From the NCBI RefSeq assembly GCF_009914755.1, contig NC_060932.1: a stretch of DNA of 64,000 nucleotides. One strand, written 5' to 3'. This document shows, one piece after another, positions 57,410 through 64,000 of the stretch. Made by a program: the position numbers and the translations under genes. The notes under the pieces are model-generated. The model saw only the letters and a list, made by a program, of their open reading frames with translations, searched no databases and was not told the origin of the DNA. The stretch's first letter is position 1, and every line of letters starts with the position of its first letter. Origin of the DNA: the human T2T-CHM13v2.0 reference genome, Homo sapiens.

Positions 57410-58030
57410 ATTGGTGATGTTAATTTTGATCACCCAGTTAATGCATTGTCTGATTTTTCCACTGTATAGTCAACTATTTTTTTTCTCTCACAACTGATAA
57501 GCAATTGGTGGGGAGATACTTTGAGACCATGCAGATATCCCACTCCTCATCAGTGTTTCCTCCTAGATTTAGAATCCATTGGTGGTTCTTGCCTGAACCA
57601 TTCTGTACTTTGATGGTTGGAAATTGGTAATTTTTCCCCCACTTGAGCAGTTCTGCCATATTTAGCAGTTGTGACCAGGCATTCTCTCGTATTCTCTGTA
57701 TGAATTTATGAATTCTTATCTTTTCAGTAGTCTGCGATTAGTCATTATTGTCTCTCAATTATTTTCGTGCCCCAGTTTTCTCAGATTTTGCCATGAGGAT
57801 TTCCTTTAAGCTTGCTCCTGTCTCCTTTCTCCTTATGACATGCCTCCAGGTTTCTCCGCTAAGCAATTCTTTACTTTCTGGCCAAGCAATAGCATCTTAT
57901 TGTGTATTTATTCTGCCTCAGTCCTGGAATCAGCCATTTGTCCTAGGAGCCTAATGTCTTTTACTGGGGATTGCTATTAGAGACCAAGATACTGGTGTTA
58001 GTTGTGCTCATTGCTTCTAGGCATTTTCAG
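57410..58030 (-). mobile_element. Old L1MC-type 3' fragment
   Basis: ttggtgatgttaattttgatcac...ggggagatactttgagaccatg...ggaatcagccattt...ttagagaccaagat. Confidence 0.55.
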
Positions 58031-59502
58031 GAGGCCATTATATGTATATATGTATATTTTTAGATGTATTCTTGCTTGAAGGAGGATATAGCTACCTTGC
58101 TCTTCTGAAGTTTCTTTTAACGTTAAATATCTCTTTTTAGAGAGCAATAGGATTTCGTATTGTTCAAAAGGATTAAGAATAAGAATGCTTAAAATCTGTT
58201 GTATGTTGAGTGAGTTCATGCTCTACGGACCAGAAATCTAGGGTACACATTTCCAAATGAGGAGCTCTTGCCCTTATACTAAAATGAGGACTTGGCTATG
58301 ATTCTCTTTGTAGAGATCGGAAACTGGAGGAGAGAAGCACATAGCTTCTCCTGACACTTTGGCTTTCGTTATACAGTTGACAAGTGAACAACGTGGCTAT
58401 GAATTGCACAGGTCCACTTATGGGATAATTTTTATGAGTAAACGTTTTGGAACATTTTTTTGGAAATTTGTGACAACTTGAAAAAACTTGCAGACAAATC
58501 TCATAGCCTAGAAATGTCAAAGAAGTTAAGGAAAAGTTACATAGGTCATGTATGCATAAAATATATGTAGATACTAGTCTATTTTATCATTTATTATCAT
58601 AAAATATATACAGATCCATTATAAAACATTCAAACATATCAAAACTTAATGCACACATTTACAGATCACACAGTGACATTGCAGTTGAGAGAAATGTAAA
58701 TAAATGGAAAGATATAGTATTAAGCTATAACTGCATAGAATTACCTGTAGTACATATGGTACTACTGTAATAATTTTGTAGGTATCTCTTGTTGCTATTG
58801 TGGTGAGCTCAAGTGTTGTATCTACTTGAGTACCTGCTTAAAATGCCCTGTGACGCTGATCATCTCTGAGTGAGCAATTTGTCTTTACGTTAAATTGCCT
58901 ATTGCAGTTAAAAGTGATCACTCATGGTTCTCTCATATTTTTCATTGATTTAGTGCAGTACCATAAACCTCAAATAACACTAGGGGAGCCATACAGAGAG
59001 CCACTAGTGATGCTGGAAATTCTCCCAAGAAGCGGAGAAAAGTAACATTACAAGAAAAAGTTGAATTGCGTGGTATGTACTGCAGATTGAGATCTGCAGC
59101 TGCAGTTGCCCATCATTTCAAGATAGGTAAATCCAGTGTAAAAGACGATTGTTAAATAAGAGAAGGAAACTTATGAAGCTGTTTTTACATCTGTGCCAAC
59201 AGGCATGAAAACATTGCGCTTTTTGCAAAATACTTTCTTTTTCTCATATTGAAAATGCAGCTTTTATGTGGGTGCAGGATTACTATAAGAAAGGCATACC
59301 TATAGACTCTAATATGATTTGAGAAAAAGCAAAGTCATTATGACAAAGCAAATGAAAGATAATTAATATTCTCTTAAGCTGGAGAATTTAATGCTAGCAA
59401 AGGATGGTTTAATCATTTTAAGAGGTTTGGCTTAAAAAATGTTAAGATAGCAGGAGAAGCAGTTTCTGTTGACCGAGAGGCAGCAGATGAGTTCCCAGAT
59501 GC

Positions 59503-59917
59503 TAATATGTTTTGATCTGTGTGTGTGTGTCCCCACCCAAATCTCATGTCTAATTGTAATCTCCAATGTTGGAGGGAGGTTGTTGGATCATGGGGGCAGT
59601 TTCTCATGGTTTAACACACCACCCCCCGCCCCCCTGCCCTTTACAGCTGTCATCATGATCGTGAGTTCTCACGAGATCTGTAAAAGTGTGTGCATCTTCC
59701 CCATCTCTCTCTTCCTCCTGCTCCGGCCATGTTAAGATGTGCCTGCTTCCCTTTCACCTTCTGCCATGATTGTCAGCTTCCTAAGGCCTCCTCAGAAGCA
59801 GAGGCCACTCTGCTTCCTGTACAGCCTGCAGAACCATGAGCCAATTAAACCTGTTTTCTTCATAAATTACGCAGTCGGAGGTATTTCTTTATAGCAATGC
59901 AAGAACGGAGTGATACA
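59503..59917 (+). mobile_element. MST-type MaLR solo LTR inside Tigger2
   Basis: taatatgttttg...ccccacccaaatctcatg...gccaattaaacc...gtgataca; TSD gatgc / gatac. Confidence 0.88.
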
Positions 59918-60686
59918 GATACCATTAAGAAAATCATTGAGGAGAAAGGATATCTGCCTGAAGAGGTCTTTAATGCATGCGAAAGTGTCCTATTCTGGAA
60001 AAAAATGCCATTTATTAGTAAGGAAGAGAAATGAGCACCAGGATTTAAGGCAGGAAGGGGCAGGCTTACTACTGTTTTGTGCAAATGTAGTCAGGTTTCT
60101 GGTCAGGACTGCGCTTATCTATAAAGCTGCTGAGCCTTGAAGGGAAAAGATAAATGCCAGCTGCCAGTCTTTTGGCTATACAGCAGAAGGGCCTGGGCAA
60201 CAAGAACACTTTTTCTGGACTGGTTCCTTTGATGTTTTTTCCCTGAAGTCAGGAAGTACCTTGCCAGTAAGGGACTGCCTTTTAAAGTTCTTTTCGTACT
60301 GGACAGTGGTCCTGGTTAACCCACGCAGAACCCGCATGTGTTCAACACTGAAGGCATTGAAGTGATCTACTTGCCCCCAAACACGTGTCTCTGATTCAGC
60401 CTCTAAATCAGGGGGTTATAATGACCTTTAAGGCTTTTTACACACAGTAGTCTATAGAAAGGATTGTCTGCTCTATGGAAGAGAACTCTAATAGAACCTC
60501 ATGAAAGTCTGGAAGAATTACACCACTGAAGATACCATCATTGTTTTAGAAAAAGCTGTGAAAGCCATCAAGCCTAAAATAATAAATTTCTGCTGGAGAA
60601 AACTGTCTAGATGTTGTACCTGACTTCACAGGATTTACAACAGAGCTAATCTAGGAAATAATGAAAGAGATTTTGGATATGGCTAA

Positions 60687-61000
<314 letters not shown>

Positions 61001-61025
61001 TGAAGTGTTTTAAGATACGGGTCTT

Positions 61026-61450
<425 letters not shown>

Positions 61451-62333
61451 TTAGACCGTCTGGCAGGATTCTGATTATTCAAGACTGCTTTTGACTTATG
61501 TGCACTCTTCTATGATACAGACACTGCAGCTAAAGCAGATGGCGGAAGAAGGATTGGTACTGTATAGAGACATTTTTAGATACATTAAGAAACAAGAAAG
61601 TTAGATGGAACTTACAGTGTGTTTACAGTGTGTAAAGTTACACCCATCATGCCTGCCTCTCCTGCCTCCCCTTCCACCTCTTCTGCCTCTGTCACCTTGG
61701 AGACAACAAGCCCAGTCCTTCCTCTTCCTCCTCCTCTTCAGCCTATTTACTGTGAAGATGAGGAAGAAGACCTTTATGATGATCTACTTCCACTTAATAG
61801 TAATATATTTTTTCTTCCTTATGATTTTTTTTCTAGTTTTATTGTAAGAATATAGCATATAGTACATATAACATATAAAATATGTATTAACTGTTCGTAT
61901 TATTGGTAAGGCTTCGAGTCAGCAGTAGGCTATTAGTAGTTAAGTCATTGGGAAGTCTGAAGTTATATACAGATTTTTGACTGTGCACGGCGTCAGCCTC
62001 TGTAACTTCTCTGTTCAAGGGTCAACGGTATGCCACTGTTGTAGAGTGGCTCTGGATGGAGAGAGGAAGTACGGTAAAACAAGTACATCTTGTTGCAGTA
62101 AAAAGTAACCTGAAGTAGATGATTATCTGTCTAGACCAGAGAATAAAACATTTTAGCTTTGCATCTCAAAGTGTCTTGGTGGTCTCCTAGGAAATTTGGT
62201 ACTTCTTAATAGAGTTACTTTACCTTAAAAAGAAAATTTAAAATCTTAAGTCAGTTATCAATATTGCATCTTCAACATTTTTGTTTCACACTCTCAGTCT
62301 TTTATTCTGTGTGTGTGCTTGATCATAACTCAG

Positions 62334-62482
62334 GTTTTCCTCTGGATCTCTTACGCTGTGAAAGCCTTCTTGGTTTGGACCCTGCAACTTGCAGCAGAGT
62401 TCTAAACAAAAATTACACGCTGCTTGTTTCCATGGCTCCCCTCACCAATGAAATCCGGCCTGTCAGCAGCTGCACCCCTCAG
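62334..62482 (+). CDS. FAM91A1: FAM91A1 exon 16
   Basis: tcag|[51 protein letters not shown]|gtaaag; 149 nt. Acceptor chosen from the recalled protein (...QPNYGFPLDLL...). Confidence 0.9.
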
Positions 62483-63763
62483 GTAAAGACCTACTTGGAA
62501 GATCCACTTGGTAGTGTCATGAGTCCCATCAGTTTTGTTTTCTTCTCTATCTGCAGATACCAACTATTAAAATCACTGAATCATAGAAAGCAATTTTGTA
62601 TTTTATGCCTTTGTAAGATGATATGTTCAATTTGTGGAGTGTAATTGGTATATTTTATATAAGTATCACCTAGTGACTTGTGACACATTAGATTAAAATT
62701 TATTCATGTACAGAATATTTTAAAGAGAATGTTTTAGGATGCTCCAGAAAGGAAGCTGGCATCATTTTGAGAGATAAGATAAATTTAATTAGGAAAAGTT
62801 AAATGTCTTCGAAGTGGGGCTGTGATTCTGAATAAGCCGAAAAGAAAAGATGGTGCTTGAAAGCTAGAACTCTGGTTAACTGTATAATTTATATGTGAAA
62901 ATTCCTTCTGGACTTTTACTTAAAAAATATATATATATCAGTTGTATTCATTTGTATACTTAACAAGGAAGTTGTGGCCTGTGCCATTTTCAGAGTGGGG
63001 ATTATGTTGCTGTTCTTCAGTGCTGCATCTTACCTGGGTTCCTAGACAATGCAGGGTTTAATGATGTAGCAGAAAGGAAGGGATTCTTGTACGCAGGTAA
63101 TTTGCCTATGTTCTAGCTGCCTCAGTGAGCATCCTGTCTTCACACCAATTTTGTCCTTAGTATTCAACAAGAGATTTGCATCTAACTAACCTTTTTAAAA
63201 TAATTCTCTGTGCACACCACCGAACCTCTCCTATTCTTTAACACAACCTCCAGACATGGTAGGAATCCATGAACTACTGCATAAATGGTAAAATGGATGG
63301 AAGGGTGGGCGATTCCTCTTGTGAAAATTGTATGTGATTAATGATAATAATAGCTAATACTTTAATATCGAGCTTATTATATTCCAAGTACTGTTTTAAG
63401 CTTTTTGAACAACCTTACAACATCCTCTTGAGGTAGATTCTTTATTGCTATTTTATAGATTGAGCAAAATGAGGCACAGAGAGCTTAAGTAACCTTCCTG
63501 AGGTGATATGGCTGGAAGGGCAAAACCAAGATTCCAAACTAGGCAGTCTTCTCCAGAGTGCATTCTCTTAATTGCAGTGACAAGACATAATTTCTTAATT
63601 CCAGTATAAAATTGAAACTATTTTAATGAAACATTTAAAGTTATTTTCTTGAGGATAGTTGCAGTTAACATTTATGTGAAGGGATTTGCTGTTTATAAGA
63701 CTGTTCTCGGTCACTTATGTAACACTTTATTTTAACTTTATCTTAACTGTTTTATGATTGTAG

Positions 63764-63898
63764 CATATTGGACCAGCTATCCCAGAAGTCAGCTCTGTCT
63801 GGTTTAAACTGTACATTTATCATGTCACTGGACAAGGACCACCATCCCTTTTATTGTCCAAAGGTACAAGACTTCGAAAACTGCCAGATATATTTCAG
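63764..63898 (+). CDS. FAM91A1: FAM91A1 exon 17 (gene continues beyond the window)
   Basis: gtag|[45 protein letters not shown]|gtatgt; 135 nt. Confidence 0.95.
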
Positions 63899-64000
63899 GT
63901 ATGTGTGGGAGGTTTGGGTGGTTTTTTTATGTGTGTGTGAGCAGTATGCTAGATAATTTCTTAATATTTTCCTTATTTCTGAATGCCATTTTACCTGTTA

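Overview
Human genomic DNA, recognised from its coding exons as the ANXA13-FAM91A1 locus (chr8q24, from recall). The minus strand carries the 5' end of ANXA13: a 15-nt first coding exon (MGNRH, 1552-1566) and the A13b cassette exon, cut by the window edge (1-107). About 31 kb of repeat-rich intergenic DNA follows (Alu, L1, L2/MIR, MaLR and ERV1 LTRs, MER/Tigger). A CpG-island promoter at ~32.2-33.3 kb leads into FAM91A1 exons 1-17 on the plus strand (1695 nt, 565 codons; all GT-AG, phases checked by hand). Most ORFs in the supplied track are spurious or repeat-derived. I found no novel multi-gene system. The best leads are regulatory or structural: two uORFs in the FAM91A1 leader, a candidate in-frame Alu exon in intron 8, an in-frame alternative acceptor at exon 16, inverted Alus 25 bp apart inside a full-length Tigger2, two twin-primed L1 inversions, an AluYb8 insertion, and a minisatellite built around (TG)n. 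Repeat subfamily names come from remembered consensus sequences and need RepeatMasker/Dfam confirmation.
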